NCBI GenBank assembly: GCA_030704615.1
Contig: CM060731.1
Span: forward strand, 29,140,001-29,204,000
Origin: Takakia lepidozioides
Lineage: Eukaryota > Plantae > Bryophyta
Reading direction: 5' to 3'
Length of the DNA: 64,000 nucleotides
In this document: positions 25,201 through 37,200 of the stretch, piece after piece
Layout of the letters: every line of letters starts with the position of its first letter
Position numbering within the stretch: the first letter of the stretch is position 1
Program-made: the position numbers and the translations under genes
The notes under the pieces: generated by a model
The model's input: only the letters and a program-made list of their open reading frames with translations
What the model was told of the DNA's origin: nothing
Databases searched by the model: none

Positions 25201-27592
25201 TTTAGAAGATAAGAATGTCCTGAAACAATGCAAATCAGCAGATAAGTCAAGACGGAATAAAGATGTTCACAGCGTTCCTCTACATGCAAGAAACCAATTG
25301 AGATAATCACTTCTCCTTACTGGCCAGCTGAGGACTTTCAATTGAAGGCAGCCACAGGAGAACACACTAGTCAGTTGAGAAAAGAGGCACTTATGCACAC
25401 ACACCAGCGCAAGTACATGCCTGTGCCCCCGACAACAATGGGCACACGGCCCCTGGCCAGCACTTTCTGTGTGGCAGGCCTTGCATCACGAAAAAAATGT
25501 CCCGCTGTGTACTCTGCATCCACCTACAGCTATTAGTCCACATTCAAAACATAATCAAGGTCCAGTTGCAATTGCAGCTATTCTCACTTCTCTGGCAATG
25601 TTGTATTGTTCTAATCGAACCGAATTTTGCAAGGTTTAGAAACCTTCAGGTGTGCAATCCTGCATATAACTTGCATTTGGTTGCACAACATTCCCCTGCT
25701 GCAGAAGAAATCACCTCGAGCCTCTCCAGCAAAACTCTGAGGTGGCTGTCACTCCTTTTTCAATCTTTCCCTTTATAAAAAAATAGACAACAGTCTCAAC
25801 ATTTTTGGAGTCATGACTGGCCTTACTCCACTCACAAAACACAGTTTGGAATAGAGTAAAAACCTTCAGTGGGAAGGGCCATGTTCCTCAAGTGGGTGGA
25901 ATACCCTGGAGAAGAAACCACAGCCTTTTTTTGGTTTGACACTTGAATTCAAGGGAATAAGTTCACCTAAAGAGACAGCCATCAGTCTCATAGATATTCC
26001 CTCACATAGAACAAGACATCGCCGCAACCACAAAAGATCGGCATAATGTATGTGGAAGGTCAAAATTCAAGGATTCGCATCAGTAGAGGGTTATATAGTG
26101 GAGAGCTTCTCTACTGCCAACTGTTGACCCTCAAAAGATGACACAGTCCTTACTAATCTGCCCCACAAGTGCACTGCAATCATGTGTAGATAATTACTAG
26201 CGGCCTCTGTCCTAACAATTAGTACACCAGGATGCCAACACTTCCAGTGTAAGAGCAAGACTTCACAAATGTACCCACCCCCCGTTCATGCACAGGTGTT
26301 TTAGCACTTCCCACGTTGAGGCCCTTATATACCTGCATGTCCATCCGTGCACCCGTATTTTCTCAATCATGCACTTGTTCCCCAACAAAAGAACCCGGTG
26401 CAATCTATTCTGCACAAGATCGCACACTGATCTCGGCAGTTCACGTCATCTCCTCTAACTCTACAATTTCGAATAATTGGTCCAAAATCACCAATTTGGC
26501 CAAGTAACTGCGGATCGAGACAGGCTCGTCTCCAGAAAGGTCGCTCCACCCAAAGAACCAAGGCGGGGCTTAAGATCTTGTTTGTAGTCCCCATGCATTT
26601 CAAGATGCCCTTCAGCAAAAGAGAGAATACGTTAGAGCACGTGAGTTTCCCGTCATGGCAGATCCCAGTTACAAGCCTGGCATAATCCAGCCGCAAAAAC
26701 TGGGATCCGTGGCTATCGGTCGACATAATAATGGACCTGCCCATACGCTTTGCTTCCACGACAATGCAAGCAGCAAGAGCGCAGAACGAGATCAAGGAAA
26801 GCAGGAAAGCTGCGCCAGAGCGATACACTGACGTGAAAGAGTGTTAGTGCTGGATCAAGAAATCATGATCCCGTGAAGAACAAGAATGGTACAAAAGGAA
26901 CGTTCGGAAACTTCACGTTGGACAGTCGCAAAGCTGTATGCTACAGCGTCCTGCAATAGCACTACTTTCTGATGCTTGAAAATATGTTAGTTCACGTTGT
27001 CAAACACGTTGTCAAATGGCTAGTTGAACAGCATCACAGCCGCTCTGCTAGCAACCACAAACAACGCAGTAACAAACACGAATTCTGTGGACCTCAGCAA
27101 TGCCGCAGCATTCATCAGCCACAAGTGACAGTGCGAAATCTTGAATGACCAACAATGAATAATGCAACAATTCGATTCAAGTCCCAAGTCCTGGCAAGGA
27201 AATCAAGACCTCCATCACCGACATTGATCACAGCTGCTAACCTGCACAGAGTCAGCGCTAATGATCTCTCCTCCCACCAGCTTCGCCAGCGCCAGCGCTA
27301 CCCGCGTCTTCCCGACTGCGGTCGGCCCCGCGATCACCACCACCCGCGCCTTCTGCGTGCCTACTGCATTGTTCCCCTTGCTTATCCCTCTCTCTCTCTC
27401 CGCACTTTCAAGCCTTCCCGCAAATTCCAACTGCGACCGATGACCAAGCTCCGTCGTCCCCCCCTCTCCCTCCTTGAGCAGCCTCGGCCTTCCCCCCTCC
27501 CCGATTGCCACCTTGGCCCGCACCGCCACCCCCGCAGACGCACGCCACCGCAGCCCACCTCCCTCCCTCTCCCACCCTGCATCTCCCCCCAT
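22239..27592 (-). pseudogene. IPT9: tRNA isopentenyltransferase, IPT9/MiaA type; exons 27242-27592 (start uncertain), 26279-26332, 25864-25905, 25405-25513, 24861-25066, 24296-24470, 23660-23754, 23165-23259, 22787-22877, 22474-22610, 22239-22326; two frameshifts
   Basis: IAGPTAVGKT, EIISADSVQ/VYKGLNVGSAK, VPIVVGGTGMYLRW, NDWYR.QRALE, AIGYQE, KKQLTWFR; all introns GT-AG. Exon 3 is 1 nt short (gives TGA) and exon 5 is 1 nt long. Confidence 0.9.
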
Positions 27593-28264
27593 TGCACACA
27601 AATTCCCCACTGCGACTTGAGAGGCAGGGGCTGGCCCGCTGAGTCAACATGTATGCAGCGCCACTCCGTCCTCCACCCCTCCCTCCCTCCTCCCTCCCTC
27701 ACCAATTCTGCCCTCCCTCTCCTCTGCAGCGTCCCGGACCTCCATCGCTGCGAGCGCGACTCCAATATATACGCGCGCTCGCTGCCATAGCTCGCTCGCT
27801 GCCCCACTGCCCCTCCTCCTTCCTGTCCACGTGCCCGTCCGGTTCGGCCCGCCCGGCCCAGCCCGGCCTAGGCTACACAATCTGACTCCCGCAGCCGTCA
27901 TTCCTTGCACGTGCCACCCCCGTGCCTCGCCTTGGGGCACGCGTTCCTTCCCACCGCCCCAGATTCCATTCCTGTGTGCCCACCCCGCCCGCGATGTTAT
28001 TATTAGTCTCCTCCCCGGCTTCTCTGCTCTCTCTCTCTCTCCCTAACACACACTCTCTCCCTAAACACTTCTCCCTAACACACTCCCGAGTCCCGACTCC
28101 CTAGCATTGTGGGACACACTGGGATTAACGGTAATGGATCTCCAGTGTGTCATTTAAGACCACTTCTCCTGCCTTCATTCTTTGCCTGTTGTACCGTGCT
28201 TCGCGCTATGTATGTATGTAGTCGCAAATTGCAATGTGTAGGTTATCGGTTCGGAGAAAGAATA

Positions 28265-28975
28265 TATGGGGCCCAAGATCGGCGAGTATTTAATGATTTA
28301 AGGGTTTAATCATTGGAGATGATTGAAAAGAATTTCCTACACCTAGATACTATGTAACAGTTCAACAACCCTAGTGTAGGGATGCACCAGTGACCAAATG
28401 GTGGTCATCCATGCGTTGTTGTGTGGCCAGGATGTGCCACCGAAACCGCCAGGCAAGGTCGCACAATGAGTCCTAATGTGAGTCGTAGGAATGGGCCCAA
28501 TTTGTGAGCGGTGAGATGCGCCACCGAATGGGGTCACTACAAGTCTAAAGTTGCTTTAGGGCCCAAGATCAAGATGGGCAAGTATTTTAATGATTTAATG
28601 CTTTAATCATTGGAGATGATTGAAAGGAATTTCCAATACCCATGCAGGGATGCAACAATCATAAAATGGTAGCATACTAGTCATCCATCTATTGCTGTGT
28701 GGCCGGGATGCGCCACCCAATCGGCGGTGTTCGCATGGTCGCACAACGAGTCCTAAAGTGAGTATGCCCATTTTATAACAGGCGGTTTAGTTTCCGGGAT
28801 TCTTGAATTGCGACCAGAACTATCGTTGAAATGTGTATTTGTTGCCCATGATCCGCGACTATTTAATGATTTAAGGTTTGAACCTGATCGATCCTAGATA
28901 CTAAAGAGTCCCAACTGAGGGATGGGCAGAAGAGTCATCCATCCGTTGTTGTGTGGCAAGGATGTGCCACCCAAT
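28265..28975. repeat. Degenerate ~290-bp tandem repeat, about 2.5 copies
   Basis: GCCCAAGATC...TTTAATGATTTAA recurs at ~28270, 28560 and 28845; GTGTGGC..GGATG.GCCACC recurs at ~28420, 28697 and 28950. Confidence 0.7.
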
Positions 28976-31602
28976 GGGCGATCGTAAAGTGTACGAGGTA
29001 CACTGGTACACTTTACGATAAAATCTGGGAAAGCAAGCGGGTAGGAATTTTTTATCTGTCTAAAGATTCTGCCAAAGCTGGAATTCGATATTCCATCCGA
29101 ATCCGGGGGAATCTGTGGAATGGGGTAAGCTCCCGGACAGGAAGGTAGACAGCCCATTCGTGAGTTTCCGACTGCGATGTACAGTTTTGTCCAGAGAATA
29201 TTCCATGAAAGAAATCTAACATCGAAAGGGAAAATGTGCATGAGGCGTTTACGGGGGAGGGAGGGCAGTCTTTCGGTGGAGATTGGATGGCGGAATTGTT
29301 GTCGGAACATTCTAAAGTATCCTGCGTGCGATACAATCTTGGCGAAATCTTTGCGGCGCTCATCAAATCCTAATTGACTCCAGCAACGGTCTCTAACATT
29401 CTACATTTGGGAGATTTGGAGGTGGAATTGTGGCAACTGAATTTGGGTCGGAGCGTAAGGTGGTTGACTTGCTCACCCTCCAGCTGCCAGCGCAGGAGAG
29501 AAGGAAGAATGATAGGGATTTTTGGGAAAATCTCATGCCCAAAAAGGTTTCTGGAAGATCAGCAGCACGCTGGTCGAGATTCCCGAAGAAGTTGAGGATG
29601 AAATCAGCAATATTTGCTCTCTTTCCAGCCAGGAAGACGAGAGGTGGGGATGGTGTGTTCACTGGTGGGTCCCAGGAAAATGCTTTTGACGTCAGGCAGC
29701 AGTGGGTTGGCGGCAGGGAGGGATAGATAAGGCAAGCGCTGTTACTGCGCCGGCGCTGACTGGGCATACAGTGCACTTGTGTGGCGGGCACTTGTGTGCT
29801 CGGTGTTTTGGCAACTTGTTTACTTAACGAGTGTTGGCGCTGGATTGCATGAAGACGCCAAGCTGGGCACCGCCTCTGGCCTGTGAGAGTCTCCAGAGCT
29901 ATCTGCTCATTTTGCACCAGACTCCAGACTCCAGACTGACTGTCTCCGTTTCGTCTTTCTTTAGCTCTGGAGGAGCCATGATGTTGTGCTAATAGCAGGC
30001 CCAATGGGTGGGTTCAGGGCTGTGTTCAGTGCCTATTTTCATGTGAGAATTTAAGAGTGCTCATCATCCCTATGTGTGATTAAATCTGACCTTGGGGGAT
30101 GAGTGCCAGGCTTCAAGACAAAATTTAATGTGGCTGCAAAGTAATGGCTGCTTCAGTTACTCCAGAGTCTTTTCAAATGAAATCATTTGGGAATTTGAAT
30201 GCACGATGGTAGGTATGAGACACATTCTACGTTGGACAGTTGATGGCAGCCTAACGGTCTGAGGCCTCTTCGGAAACACGCGGCATCATGTGAATAGGCC
30301 ATACACCCTAGATTTGCATGGCATGTGGTATCATCTTTAATACAAGTCATGCGAACAGTGCCATGCAGATGTTGTGCACAACCACAGAGTAGCGAGGTCC
30401 ACGCTCCCATCTTGTTTCGCACGTGCTTCCTGATATTTTTGCAAAAGCCTCTCTGGTATCATACGCCGCCCCGCCCGATGGAGGGCCCAAGCCCCAGAGT
30501 AGGAAAGAAACTTCCACATCACAGTAAAGAGCCCGAGTAAAAGACGAGAGACAGTTTCTGCGAGTGTGTCAGGAAGGCCGGATTAACTTAGTAGGTACAC
30601 TGTGGCCTGGACTCTAAAATCCAGAATAGGCACTCGATGTTGCTAGTTTCTCTCGCACTGATCTCTTAGACTCTCAGTGCAAAACTAACCACCTCACTTC
30701 ACATTAAACAACGCCCTGTCCAGGTTGTTGCGCCACAGATCTCTCAGTGTGGGTCTCGCGGGCCGAGGCGCAAGACGACGTCCCTAGGCCATCGTTCTCT
30801 GCGCTCTCTTATGCTCTCTGTCGGCGTCTTCTGCGCCCTCGTGCCACCATCGCCCCCCCCCTCCTCCTCCCTCCGGAAACTGTGCCACTCTGGATGATTT
30901 CTCAACGACGAGTGGACAGACTCTCACAGAACGGATGATCGTCTCTGACACATTCTTCGGCCATCCCCGCGTCGCCATGGACGGAGGATGGATGTGGCAC
31001 GGATGGATGAGTGAGATCGACGACAGCGGCGCTGTGCCCATGGGGAATGAGTTAATGAGTAACAAAGTCAGCCAGTTACGAAGGCTAAAGTCAATACTCC
31101 GCGCGTTGTTAACTATCCTTTGCACGTGCCGTCTCGAGCCCCTCCCCTCTACTCAACGATTTCTTTTCACCACTTTCCTTCGGTGCAGTCGTTACACCTC
31201 GGGAGCAGTGATCATGTTACACCTCGCAGATATCGTCATCTCAGATTAACAACTTGAACTCCAGATTTATCATTTTGTTATTATTTATTTTTACTTAAAA
31301 AAGATGTGTCATTAAAGCGTGGGAATGACAAAATTATTCAGATTTCCCCCTCCTCAATGGCCTGAATTGTGGGCTGTCGCTCCCAGGTTTCCTTTCCTTA
31401 AAATAAAAATACAAATAAAAAACAGTATTCAGATTTAAAATCTTCAGAAATATGAAAGTTTGTTATTTGATTATTTTTCTTTTGTACTATTATTTGTAAA
31501 GTAGAATATGTACATATGCACCTCCGTATTCCCAAGACATGGGAGCGAACTTATTAGGCCCCTGAAATCCGTACAGTTTCTCATTTTCATCCAAAATCGA
31601 CC

Positions 31603-31750
31603 GAGGGCCACATGTGGATTCTACTTAGCGCCCATGTGGCGAGAATAAGGAGGTGGCAGGGTTAGAAAATTGGCTATATAACAGGTGGCACGTTTTAACA
31701 GGACCAGGATGGCAAGATCAGGCTCATGATATTCAACTACCAGCGCTTTT
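31603..31750 (+). repeat. Dispersed repeat, similar to 49061-49200 (probable transposon end)
   Basis: Shared AGGGCCAC...TTCTAC.TAG.GCC and AACAGGTGGCACGTTTTAACAGG. Confidence 0.65.
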
Positions 31751-33104
31751 TGCGAAATTTTCGTATTTTACCTCCCATAATTCTTTTGTACAAGTAGCTG
31801 ACCCATTTTCCTCGTTCACCGTGTACCGGGTTCTACCGAGCCTGCATTCTGAGGATAGATTTGAGGTACCTATCGGTTGCAACTGTGAAACCAGCAGGGA
31901 TGGTGACAAGGATGCTGTAATGCCCAGACTAGATACTACAGGCCGCCATCATATCGTGAGAATATTTAATGGTTAGAGTGCAAAGCGATACGGAAGCATG
32001 TTGCTGCAACGCGCTTCAATGGCCACCACACAAAATCAGGGGTGTCACCTTGAGGCTGTAGCAACGTCATGAGTACGAAACAACAATCATCGGCTATCAC
32101 GTTCGCAGCTTAGACAGAACTGCGACAACTAAGGTACTGGGGAAACAGTTTCGATTTCAACTTAGCCCCACTGGTCATGCTTGCAGGCCAAGAACCTAGC
32201 CCTTCAGATGGTTAGTGTCCCAGAAATAGCCAGATAGACTTTGCTTGAGTTCCTCATGAGTGCTCAGGCTACTTACTGTCGACGTGCCAATGTTAGAATG
32301 CGGGTCATCCCTCAATTGCTCCAGTCTCTATCTCGAGTAAACCGTCTCACTTCAGCTCTGTGAATCCTGGGCTACTTACAACTAGATCTCTCCCAATTGC
32401 CTTCAGTGTACAGGCTCGTTGTCCTTTTGGCAGACGACTGGAACCCACTACAGCAATAACGACGAGCAGGATGGCAAAAAGCTCCAAAATTCCAGCTCTG
32501 GCCACAACGCTGCGTTAACCTTTACGACGAGAAAGGCCTGCGGGATGTAAAGCAGTCGCCTGAAGAAAGTACTCTGCCAAGAGACAACATCTGACAGTCC
32601 TTGTAAAGAACATAAATAAATATTTATTCTGATGTCGTATAACTTTATGTATATTCAATGATTGATGATCTAATGCGGACATTGCACTGAATCATTGGTT
32701 ATAGAGTCAGTACTCTTTCAATCTGGTTCTCATAATTCAACCACAATAGGTACATCCAATTCAGCGATGGCGCAGTGAGAATCTAAAATCAATCTAACAA
32801 TTAGATTGAATCTTATTTTTTGAAATATAACAGGGAAAAAAACAAAAAACAGGGAAATAGCCCTTTAATTCATATTAGACGTCCATGGAAATGGAAAAAA
32901 AGAAGATGAGGAAGAAGAAGAAGAGGAACGTCGGGTAACTTACACTGTTATTATAAGTTACAACGATAAGAAATGAGATGAATATTTAATTCTATACAGA
33001 GTCAATGCAATGTGTCTCCGTGGATATTAACCCTGGTCCCTTAGTGATCCAAGGCATTTTTTGCAAAACTGCAAAATAAAACCTGAAACTCCAGCCACAG
33101 AAGA

Positions 33105-33806
33105 GAATTAGATCCATGAAAGGTGACCATAAGTTATAGAAAGGTCGATAACTCTCCTGAAATTTAGATCCATGAAAGGTGGCCGTACATAAAGGTTGAC
33201 AATCCATGAAAGGTGACGGCATAGACAGGTTGGTAACTCTCCTTAGAATTAGATCCGTGAAGACCCGCGTATAGAAAGGTCGAAAGGTTGACAGCTCTCC
33301 CAAGATCTAGATCCATAAACTGTGACCTATAAAAATGTAGAAAGGTTGATAATTCTCCTAAGACAGATCCATGAAAATTGACCGTATAGAAAGGTGGAGG
33401 TTGATAAATTTTCTAAGATTTAGAACCATGAAAGGTGACCGTACAAAAAGGTTGACAACTTTCCTAAGATTTAGATCCATGAAAGGTGACCACATAGAAA
33501 GGTTTATGACTCTCCTTAGATTTTATATCCATGAAAGGTGACCGCATAGAAAGGTTGATAACTCTCCTTAGATTTAGATCCATGAAGGGCCAAAGGTTGA
33601 CAACTCTCCTAAGATCTAGATCCATGAAAGGTGACCTATAAAAATGTAGGAAGGTTGATAATTCTCAAATTGACTTAGATCCATGAACATTGACAGCATA
33701 GAAAGGTTGATAATTCTCCTAAGACTTAGATCCATGAGTATTGAACTTATAGAAAAGGTGGAAAGGTTGATAATTTTTCTAAGATTTAGATCCATGAAAG
33801 GCGACC
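33105..33806. repeat. Minisatellite, ~51-bp unit, about 14 copies
   Basis: Consensus TTTAGATCCATGAAAGGTGACCGCATAGAAAGGTTGATAACTCTCCTAAGA. Confidence 0.92.
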
Positions 33807-34582
33807 AATTATAATACTTCTATCAGCTGCAAAACATTGCGTGCCAATGAGCAAACATGTTTAAAATATGTGCTTACATGAGCACAAGAGTTTTGCTGGC
33901 AAAACTATATTTTTAATTGTTTATTATTAGTATTATTATTATTGTTATTTAATGAAAGGGGAGGAAGCCCTTAGAACTTTATTGGAGATTAAGGGAAAAA
34001 AATTAAAACCCTTACATGCCCCAAGGCTTGCCATAAGGCCTAAACACACGGAGACCGTGATGGAGATACCAAGGGAACACCAAGGGAACAATGACCAGGG
34101 TAGTGCCCCCAAGCTAACCTCGAGAATGAGATGAGGGAGTTTAATGTGGATTTATGAGAGAGATGCTAACCGCAGACAACGAACAGCCCTTATAGAGAAT
34201 GGAGGTTGTGAGGAGGCGATTCAGATATAGGTAGTTAGAAAGGGGAGCAGACTTCGTCCGAGTCGACTTTAGTGTTGTGAGATCTATCTATGGAAGTGCA
34301 ATCTAGCCTTAGTGGCAACTTTGATATGCTTCCAATTTATGTCGGATTTGTCAAACTCCTTGGACGCTGCTCCTAAAGAGGAAGGCCATGTTGTTTTTGG
34401 TTTTTTCTAAATTTTAGTTTGCTTTGCCAAGGAAACTCTCCAAACTCAAGTATATCTCACATTTCCCTGTTTATAATATTATAATATAATTCATATTATT
34501 TCACTATTACATATCTGTGTTTTAGTGTTTAGCTAAAAGATACTCATAGATCATGTAACTGGCTCTATTAAGCAATATCCTA

Positions 34583-34900
34583 CTAGGGTAGCCTGTGCCG
34601 TTGTCCCAAGTGTCTAGTGTCATCTAAGTCCAAGTGCAATCGGCCCCATGTATCCAAGTGCGTCTCCTATGTCGAGGCCGAAGTGCAACCTCTAAGGGTA
34701 GCATGTGCTGTTGGCCCAAGTACGTAGTGTCATCTATGACTAAGCAATCCCCTATGTATCCAGAGACCCCATTGTTTGGGAGATCTAGGGTAGCATGTGC
34801 CATTGGCCCATGTTTGAAGAATTGAAACCTAAGCGCAAGTGCAATCTCCTATGTATCCATGTGCGTCTCCCATGTAGAGGCCCGAGTGCGACCTCCATTG
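34583..34900. repeat. Degenerate ~100-110-bp tandem repeat, 3 copies
   Basis: AGGGTAGC.TGTGC..TTG.CCCA at ~34585, 34694 and 34787. Confidence 0.7.
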
Positions 34901-35718
34901 TCCAATGTCAGCTACGTCCAAATGCAATCCCAAAGCCCACTTTGCTATTTTCACAATCTCCCCCGTCAAGGCTTCATATATTGATATATCCACAACCAGC
35001 ATGTAGCCCAATGGTAATGGGCACATACCACGTTGGATGTGGTTGTGGGTTCAAACCACGGTCTGGTGTGTCATGAAGGTGTCCACCTTTCAGCTAGAAG
35101 GCAGTAGCCCTTGTGGTGAAGTGACTCCATAAGTTACGCTCCCTTCAGGAGGCGTCATACTTTTTTACTTTTTTGATATATCCACCACCGTTTTTTTTTT
35201 TTTCATTTAAGAACTTGAGCCACGTTGGCTCCTTGCTAGCCTATGAGGAAGATCAATTGACGACTCTGTGGCATGTGATCTCGAACCGGTGGCTACTGTC
35301 AAGAATGTTTGATGAGTTTTATGCGAACTCAACTCATGTAGTGTTCCGTTTGTGGGAGCGACAAGGGAGGTAATTTTTTCTAAGTAACAACGACACTGCA
35401 TATTGCAAAGCCTAGCACAACCCTGTCACATGGATACAATCCATTGACAAATATGACTAATCTTGTCCAAGATCAGCAACTCTGCTCAAAGCCTCACGTG
35501 CCAGTGCAAGAGGCGGTGCAAGTATGGAGGTGCATGACACGGATACTAGGCGGGTAAGCGAAACCTAAATGAGAGTTCCCTCCATAGCTCGACCCCTTGG
35601 CGAAAGCGGGAAGAGTTTGAACCCAAGGCTTTGCTCCTTGCGCTGGCAGGTTTCTAGCAAGGTGAAGCAAGGTGAAGCGAGGTGAAGTGGCTCTTAGTTA
35701 CGCCGGCTTCGGCCGGAG

Positions 35719-35752
<34 letters not shown>

Positions 35753-36434
35753 AAGCAAGAGCATCTAGATCTAACGAACCCAAATGGCATGTGGTTCTTT
35801 TCATGTGCGACAGTTGTACAGGCGGCGTCCTCATCGCAGCGACATGATGACATTAAGGAAGGCAGTAATGCGAAACAGTGCCATATTTTAACCCATAATT
35901 CCTTTGTAAATTTCGTGAGGCCAATTTCTGGATCGAAAAGTAGCAAAATTTCGCGCAAAAAAAAAACCCTGATATCCACTTTGCTATTTTTCGCGAATTT
36001 CCAACGATCAAAAGTACTTGAAATTCCAAATCTCCCACATGAAGGGCCAATCATTGCTCCAAGAAAGCTCACTTTGCTATTTTTCTCGAATTTCCAACAA
36101 CCCAAAGCACTTGAAATTCCAGATCTCCCACACCGCTGGTCCAAAAATCATGAGACCAAGCCCATGCACCCCTCCTCGCCGAGGGCTTTCCAACGACACC
36201 AAGCACCCGCGCTGGGCCCCGCGGTTTGGGAGATCTCAACGACGCTACAAAACAAAACAAAACAAACGTCTCGCTTCATATGTTGATGTCCGCCTACAAC
36301 ATGCATTCCGTTTGCAAACATATTACCCCTATAACCGTAGAATGTGTTCACTTTGTGCTCATGCCTTTTCTACTCATGCTTTGCTCACGGAATACCAACC
36401 CCCCAAGAGAAACAGATAGAGAAGATGTCGAGCC

Positions 36435-37200
36435 GCTATTAGGTAGTGCTAGTGAGTGGGATGGTGGGATTCCAATTTACGCTTGTTAATAACGATAGCG
36501 GTGAGGGAGTGGATGGCCCTTAGGTGGATTTGTTTGAGGCAGATGTTAGATGCGCTCATGGGTAGATGGAGAATGTCATGGAGGGATTTCAAACTCTATA
36601 TGATGCCTCCACGTATCCCAACCCGTGATGATGATGGGAGATGCTATCTATCTTCCTTGCTGACGGATAGTTGATTGTTTGACGTTTTATCTAGAGGGTT
36701 TGGTCCGGTAGCGATCATGACAATATGTAAATTTTATGTAGCGGATAGTCCAGGCCCTAATAGGGATTGAAGGGGGTTGAGCCTGGGTGGTTAGGCCAGT
36801 GATTAGAAGAATATCAGGACATAGTCTAGAGGGACTTTGACATAGGGGAAAGATTGGCATATGCATGGAAGTAATCAGTAGGGGGTGGTATGATTCAGGG
36901 TGACCTTGACATGTACCGGCATTTATGAGTGAAAATTTTGCATGAGTAATTTTTGTAATGTATTAAAACTGGCTATGTTATTATACGTAGACCATGGATC
37001 AGAGGGTGTGCACATTGGCTTAGAAAATTGTAGCTGGGGAGCATAAAGAGGTGTGAGGACGTGAGACAAGAATAGGACTTTTGCGGTGTTGCCCAAGCAT
37101 TGGACGTATCGAAAGCAAAATGTTTGTCTTTGGGCGTCAGTAGTTATGTAGCATCCACAATAGTGAGGCGTCAACAAAATGGCTAAGTCCTCCACTACCC
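36435..37200 (-). mobile_element. Degenerate 3' end of an RLE-bearing non-LTR retrotransposon (Dualen/RandI-like)
   Basis: FRYVQCLGN, then RLCPDILLITG...IRYIKFTYCHDR (PD-(D/E)xK-like), PIIIT/VGIRGGI, CLKQIHLRAIHSLTAIVINKRKLE across frameshifts. Confidence 0.55.

Noticed and set aside
26367-26828. 153-aa ORF with signal-peptide-like start in IPT intron 1
   Set aside because: GTG start and no recognisable motifs.
27155-27790. 211-aa Pro-rich plus-strand ORF
   Set aside because: Antisense shadow of the GC-rich IPT exon 1.
30183-31125. Possible first exons of a minus-strand gene
   Set aside because: No recognisable family; interrupted frames.
33105-33806. CRISPR-like array
   Set aside because: The whole unit repeats with no unique spacers; eukaryotic context and no cas genes.
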